Positions 16,614-26,800 of a stretch of DNA of 47,724 nucleotides are shown here, piece after piece. The number at the start of each line of letters is the position of its first letter. Positions within the stretch are counted from its first letter, which is position 1. The stretch lies in assembly GCA_031414595.1 (NCBI GenBank), contig JANNVX010000051.1, forward strand, positions 1 through 47,724. The letters are read 5' to 3'. A program made the position numbers and the translations under genes. Origin of the DNA: Deinococcales bacterium (GTDB lineage: Bacteria; Deinococcota; Deinococci; Deinococcales; JAAFIG01). Under the pieces are notes generated by a model. That model was not told the DNA's origin. It did not search any database and saw only the letters and a program-made list of their open reading frames with translations.

Positions 16614-17696
16614 GTGCAAGATATTTATCTCTCGAGATGGGCAAGGCTGCTAACCGATTATTGTTTAGAGGTTTCACCTGGAGAAACCATTCTGATTCAG
16701 ACCAATACACTGGCTGAGCCTTTGGTGCGGGTGCTGCACAATGCGATTTTATTTTGCGATGCTTTTCCTATCTTTAGGATTGGCTATCCGGGGCAAACCA
16801 TGGATTTTCACCAGTATGCCAAAGATATTCATTTGGACACCATTCCCAAAGCCGAAATCGAGCAAATGCGGCATGTGGATGCTTTTTTACGAATCGAAGC
16901 CGAATCAGATTTACGTGGCTTAGAAAGAATTAAACCCGCCAACCTGATGCGCCACCGCAAAGCCTTGAGTCAAATGGGAGCGGCTCGAGCAGGTAAACGC
17001 GGCTGTATTACGCTTTTTCCAACCGAAGGCTATGCCAAAGCTGCCAATATGAGCTTAGAAGAGTTTGAACGTTTTGTGATTGGGGCAATGTTCTTAAATC
17101 TTGATGACCCTTGGCGTGGTTGGCTCGAGATTCGTGGAATGCAGGAACAACTGATTGAACGGGTTAAAAACACCCAAACGGTGCGAATCGAAGCCCCCGG
17201 TACAGACATTACCTTATCGGTGGCGGGTCGGACTTGGCGCAATTCGGATGGCAAACGCAACATGCCTTCTGGCGAAATTTTTACCAGCCCGATAGAAAAC
17301 AGCGCCAATGGGGTGGTACGTTTTACGATTGCCTCGAGTTTTTCTGGATTTTTGGTTTCTGGGGTAGAACTCTGGTTTAAGGATGGCAAAGTGATTAAAG
17401 CCAGTGCCGAAGAAGGCAACGATTATTTACAAAATGCCCTCGAGATAGATGAGGGCGCAAGGTTTTTAGGTGAACTTGGGATTGGCACAAATTTTGGAAT
17501 TAACCAAGCCACCAAAAACATTTTATTTGATGAAAAAATTGGTGGTACAGCCCATCTTGCCATCGGCTCGAGTTACACCGAATGTGGTGGGCTGAACAAA
17601 AGCGCCTTGCATTGGGATTTAATTCTTGACATGCGAAAAAGTGGCAGAATCACCACCGATGGCACAGTTTTTCAGGAGAACGGTAAATTTGTATAA
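16614..17696 (+). CDS. M29 family (thermophilic metalloprotease) aminopeptidase
   Basis: NMPSGEIFTSP, GELGIGTN, LFDEKIGGTAHLAIG, SALHWDLI. Start is probably the GTG at 16614 (TACAAT box 6 nt upstream). Confidence 0.93.
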   Translation: MQDIYLSRWARLLTDYCLEVSPGETILIQTNTLAEPLVRVLHNAILFCDAFPIFRIGYPGQTMDFHQYAKDIHLDTIPKAEIEQMRHVDAFLRIEAESDLRGLERIKPANLMRHRKALSQMGAARAGKRGCITLFPTEGYAKAANMSLEEFERFVIGAMFLNLDDPWRGWLEIRGMQEQLIERVKNTQTVRIEAPGTDITLSVAGRTWRNSDGKRNMPSGEIFTSPIENSANGVVRFTIASSFSGFLVSGVELWFKDGKVIKASAEEGNDYLQNALEIDEGARFLGELGIGTNFGINQATKNILFDEKIGGTAHLAIGSSYTECGGLNKSALHWDLILDMRKSGRITTDGTVFQENGKFV

Positions 17697-17697
17697 A

Positions 17698-17722
17698 AAC
17701 CCCCTCAAAACTCGAGGGGGTT
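17698..17722. terminator. Hairpin terminator between convergent genes
   Basis: AACCCCCTC-AAAACTC-GAGGGGGTT with an A-run on the left. Confidence 0.75.
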
Positions 17723-17740
17723 CGTCTACACAGCTTTAGT

Positions 17741-18460
17741 TTACTTACCGCCAAAACCCATCGAGCCTTTAACCACTTTATCTTCGTTGGGTTGGAGCTT
17801 AAAGGCGGCTGCATCTTTGCCGTCAAGTAAGCCAAGTGCAAAGACGCTATACGACTTACCGCCAGCCACACTGATGCCTTTGAGGTTATAGACCACAGGG
17901 GTCATTGCTTTAGCTGGAACGATATTCAAATTAACCCCCATTGGGCTAACCAAAACCGTTTGGCTTTTGCGGTACATCAAGTTATTAATCACTTTGGCAT
18001 TGTTCATGTCCACGGCTAGTGCGTCTACATTTGGTGATTTGTACGACAAGTGATAAACCGTGATTTGGGCTTTGTCTTTGTTGCGGTTTGGAACACGATC
18101 CTTAAAAACTTCTAAGGCGCGGTCAGCTGCTAAATTGACTGCGGCAACCGTGGTATAAGTCGAGGCTTTGACTTCAAAACCCGGTACTTTGAACAAGACA
18201 GCCGCTTTATCCTTGGCAACGGTCACGGTCACATCGTACTTACCAACTGGAACATCGCCGTATGGGGTCACACCAGTGTACGGTGCGCCATCCACCGTTT
18301 TAATTTCCATACCGTCCATCCCTTTTAAGTAGACATCTACGGCTGGGGCATCGGAAATAGCGTGAACAACCCGCACATACCCAACTTTTTGCATTTGGTT
18401 GGCTAATGCGAGTGAAACGGTTGCTGCACCAAGGGCGGCTAAAAACATTACTTTTTTCAT
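17741..18460 (-). CDS. Exported DUF4397-domain protein
   Basis: RBS GGAGG; signal peptide; VRVVHAISDAPAVDVY and a second repeat ITVYHLSYKSPNVD. Confidence 0.88.
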   Translation of the reverse strand: MKKVMFLAALGAATVSLALANQMQKVGYVRVVHAISDAPAVDVYLKGMDGMEIKTVDGAPYTGVTPYGDVPVGKYDVTVTVAKDKAAVLFKVPGFEVKASTYTTVAAVNLAADRALEVFKDRVPNRNKDKAQITVYHLSYKSPNVDALAVDMNNAKVINNLMYRKSQTVLVSPMGVNLNIVPAKAMTPVVYNLKGISVAGGKSYSVFALGLLDGKDAAAFKLQPNEDKVVKGSMGFGGK

Positions 18461-18505
18461 AAATCCTCCAAGAGCTTGAACGGATATGTTCCATTCCTAC
18501 TTGGA

Positions 18506-18586
18506 TATACGAGCCAAGAAATTCTTTTGGATGTGGACTCGAGTCTGAATCCGCCTCGAGTCCAAAAGCGCCAGTCTTTGCGTATA
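18506..18586. promoter_or_regulatory. Pair of divergent ECF-sigma-like promoters TCCAAAAG-N12-CGTATA
   Basis: Same motif and spacing on the minus strand (18531-18506) and the plus strand (18561-18586), each facing its adjacent gene. Confidence 0.65.
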
Positions 18587-18593
18587 ACTTAGT

Positions 18594-20012
18594 ATGAAAC
18601 TGACTTGGAATTTGGCAGCTTGGCTACGTGGTTTTAATGCAGTAGTTTTAATCACCGCCTTGGGTTTATTGGCACGCCTACTTCTGAATGTGCCATTTCC
18701 ATTGCAAGAATTATTTAATCGCTTAACCCAATTTTTGGGCATCCCAGAAATGTTTCAACTGATTCATCGTTTTCTTGGTTACGGGGCTGGCGGTAAGGTC
18801 TTTGCTTTTGCCGGTAGCCTTGGGTTGTGGCTGGTGCTGCTCAGTGCTTTAGGCGTGGTCAGCGCACCAATTGCCAGTCTGATGGTGTTGGCTGTTTGTC
18901 TGTGGCTTGTGCCGTTCTGGGTGGCTGTTCCAACTGCGCTGGTTTATTTCGGGGTTCGGAGCGTACTCGAGTCTAAAGTCATGGGTTTTTCTGATTCACG
19001 GCGAAGCAGTCTAAAGTGGCTCAGTCTTGGCAGTGGTACATTGGTTTTTGGTGGGGCTGCCGCTTTGGCTCGCAGCCTCTTACCAAGTTCGACCCCAAGC
19101 CTAGCAAAGACAATGGCTGGCAATAGCAAACTGCCGAGTGGAATCACTGCCCAAGCAGATTTTTACAGCATTTCTAAAAATCTCGAAGCCTTTGACCCCA
19201 AACTTGAAGCCAACAACTGGCAACTCGAGGTTAAGGGCTTGGTCAAAACCAAAAAAAGCTATTCACTCGAAGACCTTAAAACCCGTCCGATAAGAGATTT
19301 AGAAGCCACGATGGTCTGTATTTCCAATGCCGTTGGTGGTGGTTTAATTGGTAATGCCATTTGGACTGGCTTTTCTTTGGGCGAATTACTGCTCGAGCTT
19401 GGCATCGAAAAAGAAGCAAGGTATCTACTCTGGCGGGCAGCCGATGGGTACACCGAGTCGCTACCACTGCAAGCCGCCCTCGAGCAGGATGTGATTTTGG
19501 TTTATGCAATGAACTACGAGCCATTATCGCAAAAGCATGGTTTTCCGTTGCGGGTGATTATTCCCGGGCGGCTTGGCATGAAACAACCGCGTTGGATTAC
19601 TGGTATTGAACTGTCGGCGACCGACCAAGCTGGTTATTGGGTTGAACGTGGCTGGAGCAAAGACGCATATGCCCAAACCATGAGCCGAATAGACAGCCCA
19701 AGCGAAAACGCGGGGTTTTTGAAAGCCGAAACGATTAAAGAAATTTCTGGAATTGCCTTTGCTGGAAATACCGCAATCACCAGAGTTGAAGTCTCGAGCG
19801 ATGGCGGTCTGGTTTGGCGTGATGCCGAATTACTGCCACGCCGTTCGCCTTACGCTTGGACACAGTGGCGTATCGCTTGGACACCCGCCGCAGGTCCGCA
19901 TCAATTGGTGGTACGGGCGTATGCCAATGGTGTCTTGCAACCTGAGACCGAACGCGATGCACTGCCTGAAGCCTCGAGCGGTTGGCACAAATTTATCAAC
20001 AATTTATCATAA
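18594..20012 (+). CDS. Membrane-anchored molybdopterin-dependent oxidoreductase (sulfite oxidase family)
   Basis: N-terminal TM helices and an SRR twin-Arg-like segment; MVCISN (Mo-ligand Cys), GNAIWTG, HGFPLRVIIPG, GMKQPRWI; Ig-like dimerisation domain RVEVSSDGG. Confidence 0.92.
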   Translation: MKLTWNLAAWLRGFNAVVLITALGLLARLLLNVPFPLQELFNRLTQFLGIPEMFQLIHRFLGYGAGGKVFAFAGSLGLWLVLLSALGVVSAPIASLMVLAVCLWLVPFWVAVPTALVYFGVRSVLESKVMGFSDSRRSSLKWLSLGSGTLVFGGAAALARSLLPSSTPSLAKTMAGNSKLPSGITAQADFYSISKNLEAFDPKLEANNWQLEVKGLVKTKKSYSLEDLKTRPIRDLEATMVCISNAVGGGLIGNAIWTGFSLGELLLELGIEKEARYLLWRAADGYTESLPLQAALEQDVILVYAMNYEPLSQKHGFPLRVIIPGRLGMKQPRWITGIELSATDQAGYWVERGWSKDAYAQTMSRIDSPSENAGFLKAETIKEISGIAFAGNTAITRVEVSSDGGLVWRDAELLPRRSPYAWTQWRIAWTPAAGPHQLVVRAYANGVLQPETERDALPEASSGWHKFINNLS

Positions 20013-20079
20013 AGACGCAGGTTTTGAATTTATCAAGCATCTTTAGAAATGCGTAAAAATCACATCCTGCACAAGATGG

Positions 20080-20517
20080 TTAGAAGTTAGAAGCCGAACT
20101 ACCTGCGGCGGCAGCAGCATCCTCTTCGTCCATTTTGGCTTTCAGTTCTTTGCGTTTGACCAGCATTTCTTGAATCGTTGAACGCAAATTCTTGCCAGAC
20201 AGTGGTTTATTGACAAAAGCATCTGCACCAGCTAATTTGGCACGTTGGCGTGATTCATCATCGGTGTGGGCAGTTAAAATAATAATTGGGGTCGCCCGTA
20301 ACCTCGAGACCCGTTTGGCTCTCGAGCAAACTTCAATGCCATCTAAAAACGGCATCGTCACATCGAGAATCATCAGGTCTGGGGTGTTGTCTTTGAGCCA
20401 TGCCAGCGCTGCTCGCCCATCGTTCATTTGAATTACATTATGCCCATCAGCCGAAAGAATCATCTCGAGTAAGCTGCGGATTTGTTCCGAATCATCGGCG
20501 GTTAGAATGTCTGCCAT
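20080..20517 (-). CDS. Single-domain response regulator (receiver)
   Basis: ILTADDS, ILDVTMP..DG, IIILTA, FVNKP. Start moved to MADIL (TACAAT box 6 nt upstream). Confidence 0.93.
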   Translation of the reverse strand: MADILTADDSEQIRSLLEMILSADGHNVIQMNDGRAALAWLKDNTPDLMILDVTMPFLDGIEVCSRAKRVSRLRATPIIILTAHTDDESRQRAKLAGADAFVNKPLSGKNLRSTIQEMLVKRKELKAKMDEEDAAAAAGSSASNF

Positions 20518-20555
20518 GCTGCCATTGTACCGCAAAAAGAACGCAAAGAGAACGG

Positions 20556-21977
20556 CTACTTGGCAAAACCCAAACGAGCAAGGCGGTACAAGCGGTCTAG
20601 TGGCATTTTGCGTAACATCGTATTGGCAGTTTTGGTGCTGACGATGGTTTGTTCAACACTCGAGATTAAACGCTCAAAGACATCTTCGGGGATATTGAGG
20701 GCTGGGGTCAGCCTCGCCACCCGCTTACTCGAGATTGAAAAATTCGCCACCACACCACCTTCGTAAATCGTGCGAACCGCGAGGATACCACTTAGTTCAC
20801 TGACCAATTCCTCGAGTCCTGGAATGATTTTTGGCGGCAGGACAGTGCGAAACTGTAACGCCAGTAATAAGCCAGCTCCTCGCACATCCTCGAGTAAAGC
20901 TGGATACTTGGCTTTTAAGGCAAACAAACGCTCTAAGCCAATTTTTCCAAGCCGAGCCGAACGAGCCGGTAAGTCCTCGTCTACGATTAACTCGAGACAG
21001 CGAATACCGACTGCCATTGCAAGGCTGTTGCCCCCAAAGGTATTGCTGTGCAGTTTACTCGATAAGCCCGCCAGCAAGGAATTAAAGATTTTTTTACGGG
21101 CAATGGTTGCCCCAATCGGTACGATACCGCCACCAAGCGGCTTTGCCAGCGTGATAATATCGGGTTCTAAACCTGCGGCAAGACTGGCAAAATAATGTCC
21201 GGTGCGCCCCAAGCCAGTTTGGATTTCATCGGCAATGACAATAATTCCATGCTTGCGGCAAATCTCGCCGACCCCAGATAAAAAGCCTTCTGGTGGGTTA
21301 ATCACCCCAGCCTCTCCTTGGGTTGGCTCGAGAATCACGGCGCTGATGCTGTCCGCGCCAAGTTTTTGAACTGCACTGGCAAAGGCTTCAAGGTCGCCAA
21401 AGGGCAGGGTTGTAATGTCTGGCATCAAGGGACGAAAAGGGATTTGGTACTCTTCGTTGGGAGTCAGCGACAACGCCCCAAAGGTTTTTCCGTGGTACGC
21501 CCCCTTAAAGTTAATGATGTATTTGGCTTTTGGACGGGCTGTTTTTACAAATTTAAGGGCTGTTTCGATGGCTTCTGCCCCAGAGTTACTAAAAAAAACT
21601 TTTGAATCAGCATGACTAGGCGCAAACTGTGCCAGCAATGCCACCAAATTTGTCTCGAGTGCCGAACGCCAATGGCTGATGCTCTGCGAGGGAATGCCAA
21701 TTGTGCGGTCACGCGCCAAGAACCCTTGCATAAATTCAATTAACGGCGGGTACTGGTCGCCAAACGGAATCGCCGAATACCCACCCGCATTGATTTTTTT
21801 TAGCCCTCGAGCATCCTCGAGTTCCCAAGGGGTGATGGTCTTGAATGGTCCAGCAATACCAATCGTGTCAAAGACCCGAAACAAATCGCCGTTGCCAAAA
21901 GCCAATTCGTCGCGCAAGCCATCGGTGTAAATACCATCTAATACATCCGCGCTGCGGACTGGAAGTTTAATGATCAT
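20556..21977 (-). CDS. Class III PLP-dependent aminotransferase (substrate uncertain)
   Basis: NSGAEAIE, YHGKT, LEPTQGEAG, ADEIQTGLGRTG, LAKPLGGG; TAAACT box 7 nt upstream. Confidence 0.92.
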   Translation of the reverse strand: MIIKLPVRSADVLDGIYTDGLRDELAFGNGDLFRVFDTIGIAGPFKTITPWELEDARGLKKINAGGYSAIPFGDQYPPLIEFMQGFLARDRTIGIPSQSISHWRSALETNLVALLAQFAPSHADSKVFFSNSGAEAIETALKFVKTARPKAKYIINFKGAYHGKTFGALSLTPNEEYQIPFRPLMPDITTLPFGDLEAFASAVQKLGADSISAVILEPTQGEAGVINPPEGFLSGVGEICRKHGIIVIADEIQTGLGRTGHYFASLAAGLEPDIITLAKPLGGGIVPIGATIARKKIFNSLLAGLSSKLHSNTFGGNSLAMAVGIRCLELIVDEDLPARSARLGKIGLERLFALKAKYPALLEDVRGAGLLLALQFRTVLPPKIIPGLEELVSELSGILAVRTIYEGGVVANFSISSKRVARLTPALNIPEDVFERLISSVEQTIVSTKTANTMLRKMPLDRLYRLARLGFAK

Positions 21978-22061
21978 TGTTCTAAGTTTAGCGCGTTTTT
22001 GCCCTAGATTTCATTTTCTTGATTAGACATCAAAAATCTGAACTGGTTGTATGCTCTAGTC

Positions 22062-23273
22062 ATGCGAATTCAACTCTTGGCAGGACTGGCACTGATTTTC
22101 TTTGTCTCATGTGCTGGGTATTACCCGTCTCCATCACCAAGCTATTCAAATCCTGTCGGCAACAACCCCAATGCCCAAGCAGGAGTTTTGACAGCCGCCG
22201 ACATAGATGAAAACCTCAACTTAAATTCACTGCAAAAGTACCTGACTGAGCAACGTCGACAAGACAAAAGCCAAATTTTACCGAGTCTGAACACCACAGA
22301 CCGAGTTACGATAGATATTCGGGATTCCCAAGGAATTGGCATGAGTAACGCTCGAGTCCGGATTTTTGATGGAACGACTTTGGTGCTTGAAAGTGTGAGT
22401 GGAGCAAATGGGATTTTTTACTTCTACCCCAGTTATGACGCAGTAACCGCTAAGCAATTGATTGTCAAAGTCCGACCACCGACAGGCACAGACCAAGCCC
22501 TCGAGACAGGATTAAATCTCGAGACTTTAAGTTCAGACCGCCGCTTACAAATAAACCTCAGCCAAGCCAAATCCAATGACCAAGCTCTAGATTTAATGCT
22601 GGTGATAGATGCAACTGGCAGCATGGGCGATGAGATGCAGTACCTGACTAAAGAATTCCAAGCCATTACCCAAGCCATTGCCACAAAATTCCCAAATGTC
22701 AGCACCCGCTTTGCTTTAACCGTCTACCGTGACACTGGCGACGAGTACGTGGTGCGTTCGTTTAACTTTACCGATTCGGTCAGTACCATGCAAAAGCAAC
22801 TGGCAGCCCAAAGCGCCCAAGGTGGCGGCGATTACCCCGAAGCCATGGAACAAGCCCTGAACAATGCAGTCCAAGCCCAGTGGCGCAGTGGCAACACCAC
22901 CCGTCTGGTTTTTTTGGTCGCCGATGCCCCACCGCACGACCAAGACTTGGGTAATGCCATTAAATACGCAAAAGTGGCTCGAGGGTTAGGTTTACGGATT
23001 TACCCTTTGGCAGCCAGTGGCGTAGCCGACACCGCCGAGTATTTAATGCGGATTATGGCAGTTACCACCCACGGGCGTTATTTATTTTTAACCGATGATT
23101 CAGGGGTTGGAAACACCCACACCACACCAAAAGTGCCTTGTTACATCACCACCCGTTTAGACAATTTACTGACTCGAGTGATGAGCAGCGAGCTAAGTGG
23201 TACTCGAGTTGAAGCCACACCAGAACAAATCATTCGCACGGTCGGACAACAAAGTGCTGGGGTTTGCAATTAG
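22062..23273 (+). CDS. vWA-domain lipoprotein
   Basis: Start MRIQLL (TATGCT box 6 nt upstream); lipobox FVSC; LVIDATGSMGDE, GGGDYPEA, LVADAPPH. Confidence 0.88.
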   Translation: MRIQLLAGLALIFFVSCAGYYPSPSPSYSNPVGNNPNAQAGVLTAADIDENLNLNSLQKYLTEQRRQDKSQILPSLNTTDRVTIDIRDSQGIGMSNARVRIFDGTTLVLESVSGANGIFYFYPSYDAVTAKQLIVKVRPPTGTDQALETGLNLETLSSDRRLQINLSQAKSNDQALDLMLVIDATGSMGDEMQYLTKEFQAITQAIATKFPNVSTRFALTVYRDTGDEYVVRSFNFTDSVSTMQKQLAAQSAQGGGDYPEAMEQALNNAVQAQWRSGNTTRLVFLVADAPPHDQDLGNAIKYAKVARGLGLRIYPLAASGVADTAEYLMRIMAVTTHGRYLFLTDDSGVGNTHTTPKVPCYITTRLDNLLTRVMSSELSGTRVEATPEQIIRTVGQQSAGVCN

Positions 23274-23275
23274 AT

Positions 23276-23794
23276 TCACCACATCAGCCCAAAATGCTTT
23301 AAGACCTTACGCTCGAGCATCCGCGCTAGATGGGTGTGTAGCTTGGCATTGTCTGACATCGGGCGTACCAAAATACTGTGCATCCCAGCATTATTTGCAC
23401 CCAACACATCGGTAAAGACCTGATCACCGAGCATTGCAATTTGCTTCGGCGGCAACCCAAGTTCAGTAATTGCCGTTTGAAAAACGGGTGCAAAAGGCTT
23501 ACCCGCCGTGCCACCTGTACCAACAGCTTTAATCCCAAGGGCATCGGTATGAAAACGAATCCGTGCAGGCAAGGCATTCGACACAAAACGTAAAGCAATC
23601 CCAGTGTCCACCAAAGGCGCAAGCCAAACCCGTACCCGCTCGAGGTCTGCTGGCGAACTCTCGAGTTTTCCATGTGGCACAATGGTGTTGTCAATATCTA
23701 AGAGTAATGCCTTTAAGCCTCGCTGCTCGAGAAAGGCTGGGGTGATTTCAAAAACAGAGTTGATTAAATCCTTGGGTTTGAAGCGTTCAAGCAC
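23276..23794 (-). CDS. yqeG: YqeG-family HAD IIIA phosphatase
   Basis: LLDIDNTI, VSN, GKP, GDQVFTDVLGAN. Confidence 0.9.
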   Translation of the reverse strand: MLERFKPKDLINSVFEITPAFLEQRGLKALLLDIDNTIVPHGKLESSPADLERVRVWLAPLVDTGIALRFVSNALPARIRFHTDALGIKAVGTGGTAGKPFAPVFQTAITELGLPPKQIAMLGDQVFTDVLGANNAGMHSILVRPMSDNAKLHTHLARMLERKVLKHFGLMW

Positions 23795-23879
23795 AGATAA
23801 AAACTACCATGCTTGGTGAAGATGAAGGTTTCAATAGTTTTTTATATGGCTTCTCAGGCAAAACGCCTTACAATACGTC

Positions 23880-26800
23880 TTGATGCGTCGTTGGTTTGCG
23901 TTTTTTGCTGGAATAATTGTCTTGTTGGGGCTGGTGGTCTTTTTGGCTGCGGGTTCACAACCAGCCTTGCGTTTTGCCTTGGCGCAAGCCAAAGCGGCTG
24001 GCTTTGAAATAAATGCCAAGACGTTGCGTGGCAATTTGTTCTTGGGTGTTGAAGCGGTGGATGCAACCATCAAAAGCGCCTTTATTAGCGGCTCAGGGGC
24101 TTCGATCAGGGCAAAGTATAACCTTGTAACATTACTGCAAAAAAAAGAGCTTCGGCTCGAGGCATCGGTCTCTGGTGGGCGCTTAAGTTTTGACCCTGCT
24201 GGCTTGCCACCAGTGCCAGAGGGCGGCGAACCACCACCAATTCATGTTTTCTTGGATTCCGCCAATTTGTCAGACACAGTTTTCGAGTTTATTGGTAAGA
24301 ACATTTTTGTACCAGACGCAAAAGTCACACTGCTCAGCCAAAGTGCGCTGCCAAGTCAGAACGGAAAGACCAGAGGCAATGTGCGGGTCAAGCTCGAGTC
24401 CAAAGACGGTGGCGGCTTTGCCACCGCCTTGTACGAATTTGGCAAGGATTTTGAGCCAAATCTGGTGATTGATACCGAACTTGATGCGGCTGTTGCCAAT
24501 TACTGGTTAAAACCAATTCCTATGGATATTCAGGGTGGCAAGTTGCGTGGCACGGTGCGGGTCACGGCAACCAGTGTATCAGCAGATGCGACCCTCGAGA
24601 ATGGGGCGGTTGAAGTATTGCCCAATTTGGTGGCTTCTAACATCGCTGGACGGGCTTCATTTGATACAAACGGGTTGGTCAAAGCCAAATTAACAGGACA
24701 GGGTTTGGGCGGCAGTCTACAAGCTGATTTTGAACTGAGTACCAAACCCAAACAGGAATACTGGAAAATAAACGGTAAACTCCGTCCGCGTTTGGAGCAA
24801 ATCATGAAAACCTTTGCCAATGGCACACCCGGCAAGGGCGCACTCGAGGTGACAGTTTCGGGTGGCGGGTGGCAGAAACTTAAACTTAACGGTTCGGTCA
24901 AAGGTTTAGAAACCCTTGAAGCGGCAGGTTTTCCTGTACAGAATTTACGTGGTACATGGCAATTTACCGACCATCTCGAGGTGAGCGCATCGGCAGTCAC
25001 AAAAATTGGAATGGATAGCTTAAATGCCGTGGCAGACATCAAAAGTGTTGGTGAAAAAATTGTCATTACCCCAGAACTCACAGGAATTTTTCTGAACGCA
25101 CCACTCGAGCTAAGCGGGATTATTCAGGTATTGGGCGAGAAAATCGGGATTAACGCAGGCGGCGCAATTTTACGTGGCGATGTGGATGCCCAAATTAACT
25201 TACAAGGCGAAAAAATTTCTGGAACTGGCAAATTTGGCAGTGTCCAGTTACCACTTCCTAAACCAGTCGTCTCGAGTGTAAACGGCACAGCCAAACTTTC
25301 TGGGACAGTAAATAATTTACTGATTGCAGGTTTTTTGAATCCAGCCAGTCTCGAGATTCCCGCGATTGACTTAAACAACATTTCGGGAGCATATAAACTG
25401 CGTTTTAATGGCAAGGCACTGACCGCCGAAGCCAATCTTGCCGATGGTGCAGTTGTGGCAAATGGGGCGATTATCAATACCGATGGTACGCCCGCTCGAG
25501 GCAGTGTTTTTGTGCGCGGACTGCGTTTTGAACCCGGTGGTCAAGCCGATTACAACGCCCAGTATGTACTGAACGGCGCAGGAATTGCCTTGGCGGGGGT
25601 GGCTCGAGGTTATAACCTTAATTTTAGCGAGGTCAAACTCGATGACCTTACTGGGGTGCTTAGCGTGGCTGTGGGACAAGAAATTCGTGGACGCTGGAAT
25701 GCGAGTAAATTACTGGCAACCTTCACCGATAAATCGCTCAATCTGCGCCCTCGAGACTGGCGGGTTCGGGCGGCTGGCGAAACTGCTTTTGTGGGCGGCG
25801 ACCTGACCTTGACCTATGACCAACTCAAAACCACGGGGAAACTGACTGGCAAAACGCGTTTTGGCACAATCACGGCGCTTGGGCAAGGCTCACAAATTGG
25901 TTTGTCAGGCAGGGCGGGTTTTAATGGGCTTCAGGCAGCGCTAAATGGGGCGTTGCAACTCGAGCCGTTTAATTTACGTTTGGCGGCAGTACCACAAAAT
26001 AAATCTCTTGGTGGAAAAATTCTGCTTGTGGCTGACCAAGACTTTCAAGTCAGTGGTAACTTAGAGAGCAATGGGCAGGATTTACAAATTGGTTTTACAA
26101 AAACTGGTTTAAGTGCCAAGGGCAAATTGGATTTAAGTGCTTTAGCGCCAGTCTTTCCAGTTGGCACAAGGGATTTACTAAAAGGCATTGCTGATATAAA
26201 TATCTCTGGCTCGAGTGGTACTGGCTTGGTGCGTGGGGTGGTGGCTGGAATTCCGATTGAAGCCCGACTTCGCTCCAATAATTTGCAAATTAGCACCGAG
26301 GTTCGAGTGACGGGTGGGCAATTTGCGGGGGCAACCGTGTCTGGGGAAGTTTTCCCCAGTGTCAATGCTCGAGTGAATTACGTGGGGCTGTCGGCTCGAG
26401 TGCGTGGTTCGTATGACAACCTTGGAATTAACGGAAGTGGGACACTACCAGCCTCATTATTAGCGGGTACAGGATTGTCTTTAGCCAGTAATCAATTTAC
26501 CCTGACTGGGCGCTACCAAAACGGTTTACTAACTGCTTCTGGGCGAGTTGGGGGGCTGCAAATTCGCAATGCCAAACTCGAGAATGGGGTGCTTGGCGCA
26601 GATTTTAGCGGGGATTTAGCGGGGACTTACCAAGCAGAACCTTTGCGTTTACAAGGTCTGAACGGCAGTCTTGAACAGCGCGGCTCGAGACTAGAGGTTC
26701 GTGCCACGGCAAAAAGTGCTTTGGGGGTATTCAGGGGGAGTCCTATTTCGGCTGGAGGGGTAACTGCTAATTTTAGTCAGCAGAACAATAAGAACATCTT

